Assembly (NCBI GenBank): GCA_964270895.1
Contig: OZ185447.1
DNA from: Podarcis filfolensis
Taxonomy: Eukaryota
DNA: 64,000 nt
Strand: one strand, 5' to 3'
Part shown: positions 25,660-38,994 of the stretch, in pieces
How the letters are laid out: each line of letters opens with the position of its first letter
How positions within the stretch are numbered: position 1 is the stretch's first letter
Program-made: the position numbers and the translations under genes
The notes under the pieces: model-generated
Databases searched by the model: none
What the model saw: only the letters and a program-made list of their open reading frames with translations
Told to the model about the DNA's origin: nothing

Positions 25660-26257
25660 CAATGCAATTCTGGGCTGCATCAATAGGAGTATAGCATCTA
25701 GATCAAGGGAAGTAATAGTGCCACTGTATTCTGCTCTGGTCAGACCTCACCTGGAGTACTGATTCCAGTTCTGCGCACCACAGTTCAAGAAGGACACTGA
25801 CAAACTGGAACGTGTCCAGAGGAGGGCAACCAAAATGGTCAAAGGCCTGGAAACGATGCCTTATGAGGAACGGCTAAGGGAGCTGGGCATGTTTAGCCTG
25901 GAGAAGAGGAGGTTAAGGGGTGATATGATAGCCATGTTCAAATATATAAAAGGATGTCACATAGAGGAGGGAGAAAGGTTGTTTTCTGCTGCTGCAGAGA
26001 AGCGGACACGGAGCAATGGATCCAAACTACAAGAAAAAAGATTCCACCTAAACATTAGGAAGAACTTCCTGACAGTAAGAGCTGTTCGACAGTGGAATTT
26101 GCTGCCAAGGAGTGTGGTGGAGTCTCCTTCTTTGGAGGTCTTTAAGCAGAGGCTTGACAACCATATGTCAGGAGTGCTCTGATGGTGTTTCCTGCTTGGC
26201 AGGGGGTTGGACTCGATGGCCCTTGTGGTCTCTTCCAACTCTATGATTCTATGATTC
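25660..26257 (+). mobile_element. CR1 LINE 3' fragment, relatively young
   Basis: Open ORF2 C-terminus ([16 protein letters not shown]...[13 protein letters not shown]...WNLLP) and an (ATTCTATG)n tail. Confidence 0.92.
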
Positions 26258-28193
26258 AATGTATCTGAAAGCAGGGGAAATAGTACAGACACACATCTGC
26301 AGTCAATGTGGAGTTCTTATGGAGTATGGATTGGCAGACATGAGCAGTGAAGTCAACACCAAGGAAGAAAAACTGACACTGTTCTAAGGACCTAAGTATA
26401 AGCATGTTTGAATAAATTTCCTGCTCTGCAATGTGTATTTTTTTGTTTGTTTGAAAGTTAGGATTTAGCTTCAGCCCTGTTCAACAAAGAAAACTAAACA
26501 ATAGCAAACAATAGCAACCAGAAAATAAGACGGCATACTTCTAACACTATGGTGCACAATCTTATATGTAGGGCCCTTTGGCAGATCCCCTTCAACAGTT
26601 GTGCTTCAATCCTAATTTGTTTACGGGGTGTTTGTGTCTTCCCATCATTCATACCCTATTTTTCAATGCATTTCCCCATCACTTTCTAAACTGCAAAAAG
26701 ACAGATTCTTTTTTAAAGTGAGATTTGTTGTAGTAGGGCAACAGTCAACTTTTTAAAATTCCACAACCTAAATTTACAGTGTGCACATGAACACCTGCAA
26801 AATAGTGACTGTCTAGAGGCACCCTGAATTAACACATTTGTATTTTACTGATGGTTTTGAAAAGCAGAGCTGTCCAGTTAAACAGGGGCAGCCTTGCCGT
26901 CGGTTAAACACTTGCAATTTGATTAACCAAGCATATCCCTAATAAGAATAGTATGTCCAAACCTCAACTGCAGCTATAGGTGAGTACTATTTTTCTAACT
27001 ACACTAATTTCTCACCTACAATAGGAGAGAAGGCTACAGCCCCCCTTTTAGATTGAGGTGAATAGAATCAGTTTTGCTTAAACTGTCTAGTCCACCAGTT
27101 CCATGACGGAGTCTTCTTGTGATGTCCCTTTGTCATCCATTGACTTTGAGTTCAGCAGCACAGTGTCGCCAGGGACTGCAGTGTTTTCCTGCTGACGTCT
27201 GTATGCCAGATTCCAGCAGCGAGGGTGGAAAGGTGGTGCTCGCAGTGCTCATAATGTGGAGTTCTCTCCCCCTACAGACCTTTTGGGAGAGTTCTAAAAA
27301 ACATACCCAGATGGCCAGATGGTTGATAAATAGTGGAACGTTTTCAGTGAATTTTATGAAATTTGATTCTGCTTCACTTGAGTTGGTTTACCCTGAACAT
27401 TGTCTATAGATCCAGGTGCATCACACAAACAGTATCATAGAAGTCTTTTAAGAGTCCAAGTTTCCCTAACTTTTCTGTACACGTTCATGTACCTGATTTA
27501 TATGAGTGTGTTCCTTTGTTGTTGATGTTATTGTGTGGGGTTTTTTTTTAAAGAGATGCCATGTTCCAAGCATGGCCAAATTATTGCCTTTATCTTTTCC
27601 TATTGGCCCAAGCAAGTATCTGAATTGGCTCTTGGATTTAATTTTAGTACCTTACATATACTTCATTCACACCACAGCTTCAGTTAAAACTCCATTCACC
27701 TAGCAAATCCTACCATGTTATATAAATAGGTTACATAACCTGAATACTGAATCATGAATACACAAGCAACCCACTGATAAATGCATTGTAAATTTGAAAT
27801 GATGCAAAAGGTCACAAGCACCAAATTTCAGATCCTGGAGAAAGCCGTTCATTTGTAAAGGTTTGTGGTTGAAATTTAACTCAGCTGCAGCTTGTGCCCT
27901 GCTTTACATCATCGATCATTTCTGCCACCAAACTATAGTTCTGTGGTGGGGTTGGAAATCTATAACAGTGTAAATTCAATATCTTCACAATCTATATTTT
28001 CCATGACTTGATTTGGGGTGACATGATGAAAGCATGCCTCTTATACAAGTGTAAACATGTTTATCCTTTTAAACCATGGTTTACAAATATATATTAGTCT
28101 TTAAATTTGTTTGTAATATAAAAACTGTGCCCCCATGACAATGAATCCTCAGTACCTTCACAGAGTTACACTTTGGACATTTATTTGGGGGTA

Positions 28194-28579
28194 GGGAAAA
28201 GTAAAGGGACCCCTGACAGTTAAGTCCAGTCGCAAACGACTCTGGGGTTGTGGTGCTCATCTTGCTTGACAGGCCGAGGGAGCCAGCATTTGTCTGCTCC
28301 GCAGAGTTTTTCCAGGTCACGTGGCCAGCATGACTAAGCCCCTTCTGGCGCAACGGAACATCGACACCAGAGCAGCACACGGAAACGCTGTTTACCTTCC
28401 CACTGGAGTGGTACCTATTAATCTACTTGCACTTTTTTGGCGTGCTTTCGAACTGTTAGGTTGGCAGGAGCTGGGACAGAGCAACGGAAGCTCACCCTGT
28501 CGTGTGGATTCGAACCACCAACCTTTTGATCGGCAAGCCCAAGGCTCAGTGGTTTAGACCACAACGCCACCCGTGTCCC
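28194..28579 (-). mobile_element. Sauria SINE (Squam1)
   Basis: Reverse complement of the family at 19050; 13 bp TSD ttatttgggggta (28181-28193, 28580-28592). Confidence 0.9.
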
Positions 28580-29666
28580 TTATTTGGGGGTAAATACAGG
28601 AACTAATCTGGTCGTAAACCAGTCTAAAGTTGTAGAGTAGTGATGCCCTAAGAAATCGTAGACTTGGTTCAAGAAGGCTTGAAGCACAGTGAGAAGGAAG
28701 GCTCACACAATGAAAGTCTTAAAGCAAATTAAGTTGAATTGAGTAGAGACTTGAAACATCTTGGACAAAAAAAGGAAAAATGGAGAGTTGTTAAAGACCA
28801 ACTTGGGGAGTGAGTTCTGGGGTGCAGAGTAGAGGAGGGATGTTGAGGGAGGCATGCCTCTTGTGATGTAAGAGAAGTCAGCAGAACTGTAGCTATGTGG
28901 GGGAGGGGTAGTTGGACTTTTTGCCTGGGTGAAGCCTCTAGAAGGGCGCCATTGAGGCTACCAGCTTGTGTGTATGTACGCAAATGCACATGGGGGTGCC
29001 AAACTGGGTCTTTGACCTGGGTGAAATAAAGCCTAGTTTCACCCCTGGAAGTTGGTATTAATATGCATTTGCTAGGACTTATTAGTGCTCTTCCCACCAT
29101 ATGTTTGCTCTGTTGGAATCCTGGAAGCAAAGCCCCATGTTGGAGCCAAGCACACTTTGGTAACGTTGCAAAACACACAGCAAAGTATTGAAATATAGGC
29201 TGTAAAACCTTTAACATGTGACCTTCCAGTGAGTCCCCAAATGTCCTCTTTTAAAAATTCTTTCCAAACTATCCCACTTCCCTAGCACAGAGATAGACCA
29301 CATGCTTGGTAAGTCATAATATGGTTTACTTACAAAACTCTTAAAAGGTCAGATTCATGTGATTTTCCATACAGCATTCAGAAAAAATGAACAAGCAGTC
29401 CAAATGTTGCTCAGTGACAAATGGTAAAAGTTTCTAAACTACTGATATGGGGGGGGGGAAACTAGTTTCAGACTCAGTTCTGTTCTGAAACAAAAGAGGC
29501 TAGTTAAAGCCATGTATCTGGAGAGACCAGCTCACACCGCCTTGCATACTGAAATCCACATGGAGAGAGATATATAAAAAAAGCTGGTGACCCATTTCCT
29601 CACAAGGTGGGGAATAATGGCATAGAACAGCTTACTCTATGGTTTTAACCTCTTCATTGACTAAAT

Positions 29667-30770
29667 CAAGGGGTCGGCAACCTAAGGTTTATTGAAACTG
29701 AAATACTTTATTGTCACTTGTACAACTTGTATACAGTGAGATTACACGAGCACCCCCACTCAGCTCTCTTAGTCTTAATTCCCCTCGTTTACTGACGCAC
29801 ACCCACCAAACCCGAAAGTCAGTTGCCCTGTTGTTATCTTTTCATTCAGCAGCCTAACAGCCCAGGATAGAAGCTGTTCTTTACCCTGTTGGTGCTTCTA
29901 TATCTTTTGCCCGAGGGCAGGAGATCCAGAAAGTGCTGGCCAGGGTGTGAATCATCCCTGAGAATTTTCCTCACTCTCCTGAGGCAATTTTCTTCCTCGA
30001 TGTCATCCAGCGGATTCACGGGACAGCCCATAATATCTTATCTGTATTCACCACCCTCTGTAGGCACTTCCTATCAGTTGATGTCAAACCAGCGTACCAC
30101 ACCATGATACGCTTTCTATTCCAGGACACTTTCTATCGTGGACCGGTAGAAGGAGATTATCAAATGTTGATTGACATCGTTCTTTCGCAATACTCTGAGG
30201 AGATGGAGTCTCTGCTGGGCTTTCTTAACCACCTGGGTTGTATTGATTTTCCAAGTAAGGTCTTCACTGAGATAAACTCCTAGGAATTTAAAGGAAGAGG
30301 CTCTCTCCACACAGCCCTCCCTGGTGTACAGCGGGGCTAGTTCTCCTCTCTTCCTCCGAAAGTCCAACACCATCTCCTTTGTCTTTGGCTCATGCCGCTC
30401 GTCTATCCGGCCCATGGTGACCCCTGCCGCCCCGCGCCCTCCGCTCTTACTGGTGTGGTGCAGCGTGGTGCAGGGCAGGGACTGACTGCCGGGTTGATGA
30501 TGCCTGTGCGCGTGTGCACGGGCACTCCAACCTGGACGTGCACCGAAAATAGTGTGTACACATGCATGCAGGATGGAGAAGCGCCTGTGCGCATGCGCAC
30601 ACGCTATTTCCAGTGCACATCTGAGTCGGAGGAGCGCTGGAAATAATGTGTGCACACGTGCACGGCCGCTCCTCTGACCCGGAAGAGCGCGCATGCGCAC
30701 ACTCTCCAGCCCATCCTCCGACGGACAGAGCATTGACTGGCCCATTGTTCGGTAAGCTTGCCAACCCCTG
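29667..30770. mobile_element. hAT-type MITE containing a Rex1/Babar LINE fragment
   Basis: TIRs caaggggtcggcaacct...agcttgccaacccctg; perfect 8 bp TSD gactaaat (29659-29666, 30771-30778). Confidence 0.85.
29690..30387 (-). mobile_element. Rex1/Babar LINE 3' fragment
   Basis: KTKEMVLDFRR...SFKFLGVYLSEDLTW...KKAQQRLHLLR...FYRSTIESVL...VWY...LQRVV...HPGQHFLDLLPSGKRYRS...NSFYP; 3' end tgacaataaag plus a short tail. Confidence 0.85.
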
Positions 30771-30884
30771 GACTAAATAGATTCAAATATGCTAACATTA
30801 TATGAGGCTGAGACCCTACAAGCTCCACCTCCACCCTGGTAAGGGTGAAGGGAAGCAAGAAGAAACAGAAGCCTCCACCATATG

Positions 30885-31291
30885 CAGTGGCGCAGGAAGC
30901 CTCTCGGGCACCTGGGGTGGTACGCCCAGGGGCAGGGTGAACCGCCCATAGGGAAGGGCAAGGCAGGGTGCACAGCACCCATAGGGACAGGACGGGGTGC
31001 CCGGCGTCCATTACCACCCCCCTCCGTTGTTTGCTCACCTGCCTCCTTCCTGTCTTCTCCCCTGGCTGCCTGCCTCCTCCAGCCAGGAGCATGGGGTAAC
31101 AGTGCGCTGCCCCCTGCAACTCCCAACCCAGGCGTGGTCCGGTGCAGAGGCCAGGCCGGGGAGGGCGATCCGGTGCAGCCGCGATCAGGCCTGGCTGGGA
31201 ATTTGTCACCCCCCTCAGGGATGAATCCAGGGTGCACCACCCCCACATTGCTCCACCTCTGGGTGTATGTGTGGTTATAGCCGCTGCCACT
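30885..31291. mobile_element. GC-rich MITE-like element
   Basis: Ends cagtggcg...gctgccactc; no TSD found. Confidence 0.45.
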
Positions 31292-32872
31292 CAACAGGAA
31301 AGTGACAGATAGGGAGGAAGAGTGGAAATCCCAAATAACCAAGGGCTTTGCCCTCTGTTATCCAAGGTCTTACATGGCCCCCAACATGGCCCCAGTGATG
31401 TCAACTGCTGGTGCCAAGCGTGAGGCTTGTGACCCTCTTGAAGATATGTAGTGGATATTCTGGGATCAGATGGGAAAAGAGTCTTTGGCTAGTATAAATT
31501 CCTTTCGAAAACAGAGGCTTAGACCCAGACTCATTCTCAATTAGATTGCATTGAAAGAAATGTGAAAAGTGAAAATGAATGGGACCCACGTGTGACTGCC
31601 TTTCTCTGGATCCAACCCATAATATTTGTTTCACAATGTGTTTCCCAAATCCTCATGTTTTTACAAAGGGACCAGGATCAGAGCAAAGCACAAGAGGTTT
31701 AATTAAAGATCCATGACAATTAAGAGCTATGTTTAAAACCTTATCAGATTTTTGATAAATGTGACTGCTGTAATAATTGCAGAATGGAAAGAGTTGCTAT
31801 TTTAAACGCTTCCATTCTTACAAAAGAAATCTCTCTAGAGCAGAAAGCAGTGTGTGTTGTTCTTTGAATAAAGGAATTAATTTCAGGCTTTATTAACAAT
31901 ACAAATAACACTGCGTGATTTCTTTGCTTCCTAAAGCCTGACTCAGTCTCATAAACCAGGAGTTAAAACATGAGTTGGAATTCAATAGCTTCTGAATGAT
32001 AGGAGTATACATTGCCTCTCTTGGCTTGATAGGAGACCAAATGATGCTCTCGCTTGCCTGATTAGAAAGTGTGATGTAGGGGGGAAAGATAGGTGCTGTT
32101 TAAAACTAGTATGTTACATATTTTGTGTTAAAGCCTTACAACAGGTTCCCTCGTCAACAAATAAGGTCTGCTCACATACCAAAACAAAAAAAGTGTGTGT
32201 GGGGGTGGGGAACAGTTTCTTTATATGAAACTAAATTAACATTGCACTTTTGGTTTAACATGTGCCCATATTCCCTGATACTCCAGAATACTGGGGAACT
32301 GCAGCTGTTGAAACCCATACAAGGGATGGACAGAGCTTTGCATTTCATCTGCCTCAGTTTATCATTTTTCAAATTTTAAATTCAGTTCTACACATTTCTG
32401 CAGTAATTTGCATTCAAGAAAACTCATGAAAATTCACCAGCATTTTAGTGAAAATTTCTCTGAATAAACACATTTTTGTTTGTTATTTTTGCATCTTATT
32501 TTCACCAGTATATTCATTTTTATACAGTCTCCCAATATTTGTGTAAACGTTGCTTGGTTAGAGAACCACAATGCAAAAATAAGAGACATGCAACTTGAAA
32601 GGATGGCTATTTTTTGGTTTGCACATTATCTTGGAAAGTGCAGATTAGGTAGGTTTGCTGTCAAAAACAAAGGGAATCAAATTTCTGCCTGAGTCCCATC
32701 TTCACCAGCCATGTTATTTTGGCAATCTGGATGTGGCACACTATTCTATTTTGTGGTGTGTGTGTTTTTAACCAAGGCCAAGATTATCCAGGGTGCAATT
32801 GGAGCAGCTGCATCGGGGCCCATGACTCACGGGGCCAAAGAGTTGGAGCATACTTAAAAGGAAAGTAAGTAC

Positions 32873-33302
32873 TGTCCATTAAACTTTAATTAGTTTAATG
32901 TTAAGTAAACGTCCAGTGCGCTTCCAATGCCATAAATCTTATCTCAGCAGAGAATTTCGTGCAGCGGTTGAAGAAGGCAGGAGAGTCAGTACCTTTCGAT
33001 GAAGAATCCTGGAGCAAGCACTTTGGAACTCAGGAAAAAACTTTATTTACAAAAGAAAAACCCTGGCGATAAAGCACACATGCTTTTATCTCCGGCATAA
33101 AGAAAACTTTACTCTAAACTTAACTCATATCAGCAAACATGCCCATGGCCACAAACTGAGTCTGCGAGTCAGATCAAGGGGGAAAAACACACAGGTGAAC
33201 TGACTATTTATACAAACTAACTCACATTCCTGGATGCTTAATGACTTCCAGCTGCTCAGTGATTAGAGCGACTTGTTACCTCTTAACCCTTTAGTACCAA
33301 CA
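32873..33302 (-). mobile_element. Solo LTR, conventional type
   Basis: TG...CA ends and a perfect 5 bp TSD agtac (32868-32872, 33303-33307). The minus strand has TATAAATA and AATAAA in LTR order. Confidence 0.75.
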
Positions 33303-33469
33303 AGTACTTAGCCACCTTGGAAGGAAAGTTATAAATCAAAATGTGTAGGGTACTAAACTGACTAAAGATTTTCCTGTGTTGGAGACACAGCTTTCATTTT
33401 GCTCCGCAGAGCAGCTCCAGGAGTCAGAAAGGTCCCCTCCCCTTCCACTCTATTATTGTTGTTGCTGTC

Positions 33470-34130
33470 GTTATATATTTCTTTAAACCCCACCATTTGT
33501 GCTGACAGGACTCAAGGCACCTTAAAAACAAAAACTGTTAAAAACGTAGAAAAAACAATAATTAAAAACAATTAAACACACAAACATATATATGAATGAT
33601 TATATATACTCTATTAAAACCAATTACAGTAAAACTGCACAGAACCAATCCTTTCATTAAAAGCAGTCGTTCCCAAAAGGCTGTTGGAAAAAGAAAGTAT
33701 TCACCTGCTGGCAGAAGGACAAGGAAAGGGGCCGTCTAACTTCTCCACGGAGTGCCAGAGTCTGGAGACAGCCACCCAGAAGGCCCTCTCCCACATCCCC
33801 ACCACACATGCCTGTGAGGATGGCAGGACTGAGAGAAGGGTCTCGCCAGAAGATCTCATAACCTGGGCAGGTTTGTATGAGGGAATATGGTTTTTCAGAT
33901 AGCTTGGACCTAAGCTGTATAGGACCAGCACTTTAAATTGTGCCCAGAAACAGACCAGTAGCAAGTGGGGCAGTTCTAGCAAGGGAGGCGTCTGCTCCCT
34001 TTAACCAGCCTTGGTCAACATTCTGGCTGCAGCCCTTTGAGACGGTCAGAGTTTCTAAACAGTCACACATAGAGCACGCTACAGTAATCCACACGAGATG
34101 TAACTAGGACCCATGACCATTCATTGTGAC
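33470..34130 (-). mobile_element. L2 LINE 3' fragment, degraded
   Basis: WAQFKVLVL...LGPSYLK...RAFWVAVSRLWHS and SRVDYC motifs, plus an L2-type tail. Confidence 0.75.
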
Positions 34131-36190
34131 CAAGTGAGACGACCAAAGAAACTGTCTGTGAAGTAATCCTCTCCGCTTCTTTTTCATGGAAACTCTGAGA
34201 GTTTCCCACTCTTGAGAGTTGGAAAGTGCAGGGTCTGCCTTGGGGGTGTGTGTGTTGGAGAGCGGGGGCAACAACTTCCCTCATCCTTCTGATCAATCAC
34301 CCAACAACAGTGCAGTGCCATTAACAAGCTAGACTGCATAATGACAAGTGGTGAGAACTGAAATAAGTGTGACTTGAAAATGTACCTGTTGCACATTTAA
34401 ACCCCGTGTTTGAGAGCTTTGCACCTCTCACCTCTGCATCTTGGTCTAAACAAAGAGAAAGGCAGGTAATAAAACTGGTTCTTGTGATAACTAAGTTGGG
34501 AATAAGTGACCTCTTTATAGCCTCTTATTAGGAGTTGTATCTTACCCATGGCCCATTAGGCTCAGTGTGAAGGACAGGGATGATGGGGGCCAGGCAGGAA
34601 TTGGTCTCTCATACCCTCCAACTCATTATAATCCCAATTTTGGACACACACCCCACCAACATGCCCCCATATCCCCCTGCCTCCCCCTTATCTTACGCTC
34701 CCTCTGCCAGCTCCTACTCCTTGGCCAGCCAAACGCAACCAGCCCTTCTTGGCCTCCTCCCTCAGCTGCCACTGCACAGGCAGGCCTCCTTGCTTCCTCA
34801 CTTTGCCACCGTTGCTCCACTGCCAGCCCATCACACCTGTCTTTTTCTGCTCCCCGCCACATGCTTCTCCCAACAGCCATTGCAGCCACCTTCTTTCTCT
34901 CCTAAGTTATTAAGACACTGAGAAGAGGGGAAAGTCACACTTCTGTGTGGTGGCTGCCCAAGAGAGGAAGGACACGTGTCCCAGGATCTAATCAGAAGCT
35001 TGGGTGACCTATTTAAATTTGGGGTGCCTCAGTAAAAATGGGATATTTGGGCTGTATGGACTCTTTGGGCGCAGCATTATGTGCTACACAGTTGGCTGTG
35101 GGCAAGGGTGGAGTGGGCAGGCAGGACAACGGATTTGGACTTTGCTTCAGGCTGCAAGCTCAGTTCAGTCCTAAACTCATGGTGCAAATACTGATTGCAT
35201 CCTAAGGCAAAAAACCTGAGTTCAGTCAGTCAGCAAATTACTTTGCAGACTCATTTTTCATCTAATTAAGAAATGTGTCTCTGAAGAACACAAGAGAAGC
35301 TGGGCCTCATCTATTATAATCACGGGATAATTTTGTTCTAAATATAGGGTGAGATTAGAAGGGCTAGCCTTCCAAAGCCCTAGCAGAGCAACCCAATTCC
35401 TGAACCCTCGTCATCAGCAGCATATGTGGACTATTTATTTTCTCAACTCCTTTTCACCTTGAGTTCCAAACTCCAGTTTCCCTGCGGCTCTCTCAGCGTA
35501 CAAGAGATACACTTTAGCTTCTGTTCTAAGCTGGATGCATCTCAACATTCCCAGCTCTGTCCCAAGCCTAGCCCCAACTCACCATGTAGACAGTCCAGAC
35601 TCCAAACCAGTTAGGCCAGAGTGCATAGATTCCAAACTAGCCTGCCCTGCTAACACAAACTTCAAGTACTGAAAGCACAAGTGTTTTGAGACTGCTTCAC
35701 ACAATGCACATCTCAGATGAGGCAATAACTACTAGCTATGACCACATAGCTATGACCATGACAGCTAGAAATTTGGCAATATACATTCAAAAACCAGATG
35801 CCTTCACCGCAGAGCATTGCCCAGCACTCCACAGGACTGACTCCTTGGCTGACCAGCTGTTGCATGGAGGTTCTGATCCTGTGGGGTGCTGCTTCAGGGG
35901 GCAAGGTGTTGAGTGGGAAGAAGGCGAGGCTGGGCAGGAAGGAGAGGTTGGGTGGGAAAGCCTGCACCCCGCATCTATAGGCACTCATCCTGACCTTTTC
36001 CCAGGAAGACACAGTCAGTGGAATTTGTTTGTCTGTTGGAATGTTCATGTTGTGCACCTTCATCTGCATTCAACCTATGTTTTTGCAACAAGCACACATC
36101 TATCCTTCCAAATATTTCACATCATATTGATTACTCTTCGTATCCAGAAACAGCATCAATTTATGGCAGATGAAGCTTGTCATACCAAGT

Positions 36191-36667
36191 TGTCGGGGTC
36201 TGGGCAGAGGACGAATGGTGGAGACCGCCTCCCCATCCTGACCTTCCAGGGAGGAGGAAGAGGAAGACAGTATAGATCTACAACAGGGGTTTGAGGGAGG
36301 TCGCAGCTCAGAGGCAGAAGAGGGGGAAAGTTGGGAAATCATGGGAAAGCCAGAGCAACACCTGGCTGACATGTTGTCATTAGAAAGCATTCCAGACCCT
36401 CCATCTCCCAGAACCCGGTGAGCCTTAAAAGTAGGAGAGCAAAGAGCTCAGAGGGCACTTAGCAGCACCTGTAGAGGAGATGATGACAAATGAAGAAGTA
36501 GGAGAGAAGGGGGTGGAGCTTCACTCGGGACAAGGCCCTTATCCAAGAGGCTGGGTTCTATAGCCTCTCTGTGCAAAGACTGAAATGAAAAAGGACTGTA
36601 AGAAACTTTTCCTTGTCTTTATAATTTCCTGGGCAACCAGCCAGGAGTCGCTGACAGCATCCTGACA
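36191..36667 (+). mobile_element. Solo LTR, copy A of the acidic-ORF family
   Basis: TGTC...TGACA ends; TSD caagt/caagg; colinear with 59770-60228. Confidence 0.82.
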
Positions 36668-37830
36668 CAAGGTGAGAAAAGCAACTGCATCCTAAAATTC
36701 CTTCTTGTTTTAACCCCAACTGCATGCATGTATGTGCAGCCACAACTGAGTCTTTAAGTCCCACCACCAAATCTCATTAGAGCTTTCTAACTTAGAGCAA
36801 ATTAAACACATACACACACCCTATCCAACTTACACTTGGAGGGTTGTAGTTGTGGTGGGGTTACATTGTACTGGTGTGTTGGAATACACTACTTGTTTAG
36901 GTTACTTGTAGCCAGTCTGATGTAATGACACAACATCATGTCGCTATACTGACTAGGATCCCACAACAAGGCAAAATATAGGATAGGCCTAGAATAGGAG
37001 CCGTGAGTGATGGAACACTAGGGCTGGAGCAGACATGGGAAACACTAAGTTTCCAAGGAGCATTTTGCAGTTTTAAAAGCCCCCCTTTTGTCCTGAAAGA
37101 TTATTTAAGGCTGTAATCCTGCTACATTTCCAAGGGAGGTCAGTGGGACTAGCTTCTGAGTAAACAAGCTTAGACTTGTCCTACATTATGTTCAATAAGG
37201 GAATCGCTGGTGGAAGTCCAGAGGCATCCACTGCGACCCCGACCCCCCAAATCCCATGCCAGTTAAGACACCAGTCTGTGTCAAGAGTTAGCTAATGCTC
37301 TGGTTGCCATGGAGACTTTTTTGTGGCAGATAAAGCTGAGAGATACCAAGCTGATTAAAACACTAGGATAATGTACCTTCTGCTGCTTAATTAAGGACCA
37401 GCAACATCTGAACACACTAAAACCCCTGGATTCTGAACATCATCCATATTTAAGTGCATCTTTATATATATAGAGCCATAGCCAACTGACAAGGAAAGAC
37501 AGCATATGCTTGTAGGATTATGCTACGGATAAGATAAATTACCCTGTGTTTGGATGTGCTACTGCCTCACTCTTGCCATTTATTTCCTATTCAGTGAGTT
37601 CTGTCAGATTAGAATTCACAAGAAATCTCCCTCTGAGGGACTTGGCATCTGGGATTTGAATGTTGTAAAGGAATCATTTAAAATTATGCTCAGAGCTGGA
37701 TTTACAATTATGCTCAGACAAACCAGAGGTTTCTCAGGTACCTGGCTGGCAACAGTGGCTGGATCTGGACACATCAAATAAGCGTTGCAAACTTTGCATG
37801 AGAAATCGAGTTGGCAAAAATGGAACTCCA

Positions 37831-37863
37831 CAGCGCCTTCTGGTGCCACAGTGTGATAATGCA
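37831..37863 (-). promoter_or_regulatory. Candidate bipartite CTCF site
   Basis: Minus strand reads TGCATTATC-acactgt-GGCACCAGAAGGCGCTG: core with two mismatches plus an upstream TGCAxTxxC-type module. Confidence 0.45.
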
Positions 37864-37926
37864 TGTACAATGCATATAAAACACCTTTTCTTTACCAATC
37901 TAGCAGGTACAGTGTTTACTTGAAGG

Positions 37927-38339
37927 CAGTGCTTTTTTTCCTTAAAAATGTTTAGGGGTACTCTCATTTTGACTCAAGAAAATCACCATTTTATAGTTCA
38001 AATCGAGAAAAATAAATACAGTAAGTGGACAAAAGTACAAAGAACATGCATTACCCATATTGAAATACTGTCCCTCAATAAGGCCAAACTTTCATCAGTA
38101 AAACACCACACATCCACATTCCACACTGCTTCACACATTAAACCCTCGCTTCCGTCTGAGACACAGGAAACACCGTGACAAGAAATGAGGCTGCCATCAG
38201 GGGTAGCAACGGAACTGACGATTAACCGTGCTAGAGAAGAAACTAAAAAATTTAAAATTGTTCATTTCTTCTCCTGTTAGATTCACAAAATGTTTAGGGG
38301 TACGCGTATCCCTGCGTCGCCCCCAGAAAAAAAGCACAG
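37927..38339. mobile_element. hAT MITE, long form
   Basis: TIRs cagtgcttttttt...aaaaaaagcacag; TSD cttgaagg/tttgaagg. Confidence 0.8.
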
Positions 38340-38436
38340 TTTGAAGGACTAGGGTTCTTCCAAGGGGAGAAGGACTAAGCTACATTAACAGCCAAATCAC
38401 AAAGTGTACTTTTTATTGAACTCTACCACTTCTGGA

Positions 38437-38799
38437 TGGACATGGGTGGCGCTGGGGGTTAAACCACTGAGCCTTGGGCTTGCCAATCAGAAGGTCGGCA
38501 GTTCGAATCCCTACGACGGGGTGAGCTCCCGTTGCTCGGTCCCTGCTCCTGCCAACCTAGCAGTTCGAAAGCACGTCAAAGTGCAAGTAGATAAATAGGT
38601 ACCGCTCTGGCAGGAAGGTAAACGGCATTTCCGTACGCTGCTTTGGTTCGCCAGAAGCAGCTTAGTCATGCCGGCCACATGACCCGGAAGCTGTACACTG
38701 GCTCCCTCAGCCAATAAAGCGAGATGAGCGCCACAACCCCAGAGTCGGCCACGACCGGACCTAATGGTCAGGGGTCCCTTTACTCCTTTACCTTTACCT
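38437..38799 (+). mobile_element. Sauria SINE (Squam1)
   Basis: Same family as 19050; 13 bp TSD taccacttctgga (38424-38436, 38800-38812). Confidence 0.9.
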
Positions 38800-38994
38800 T
38801 ACCACTTCTGGACTGCAGATAAGGCAAAGGCACCATGTTTAAATTCTCTGCTGTTTAACAAACCTCCTGTCCACACAGAAAACTAGCATGTTTAGGATAA
38901 AGCTTCAGGCTTCCTGCTGCTTTCTGTCTAAAGTCCAGAATGCTTTTGTGCAGAGAAGGAACTGTCCAACTCCCAACCAAGGAAGAATGGCAGA

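Noticed and set aside
28930-28950. CTCF-like cctctagaagggcgcc
   Set aside because: An extra base breaks the core spacing.
35686-36294. 202 aa ORF
   Set aside because: No recognisable motif. It runs into the LTR at 36191, and overlapping ORFs on both strands suggest a compositional effect.
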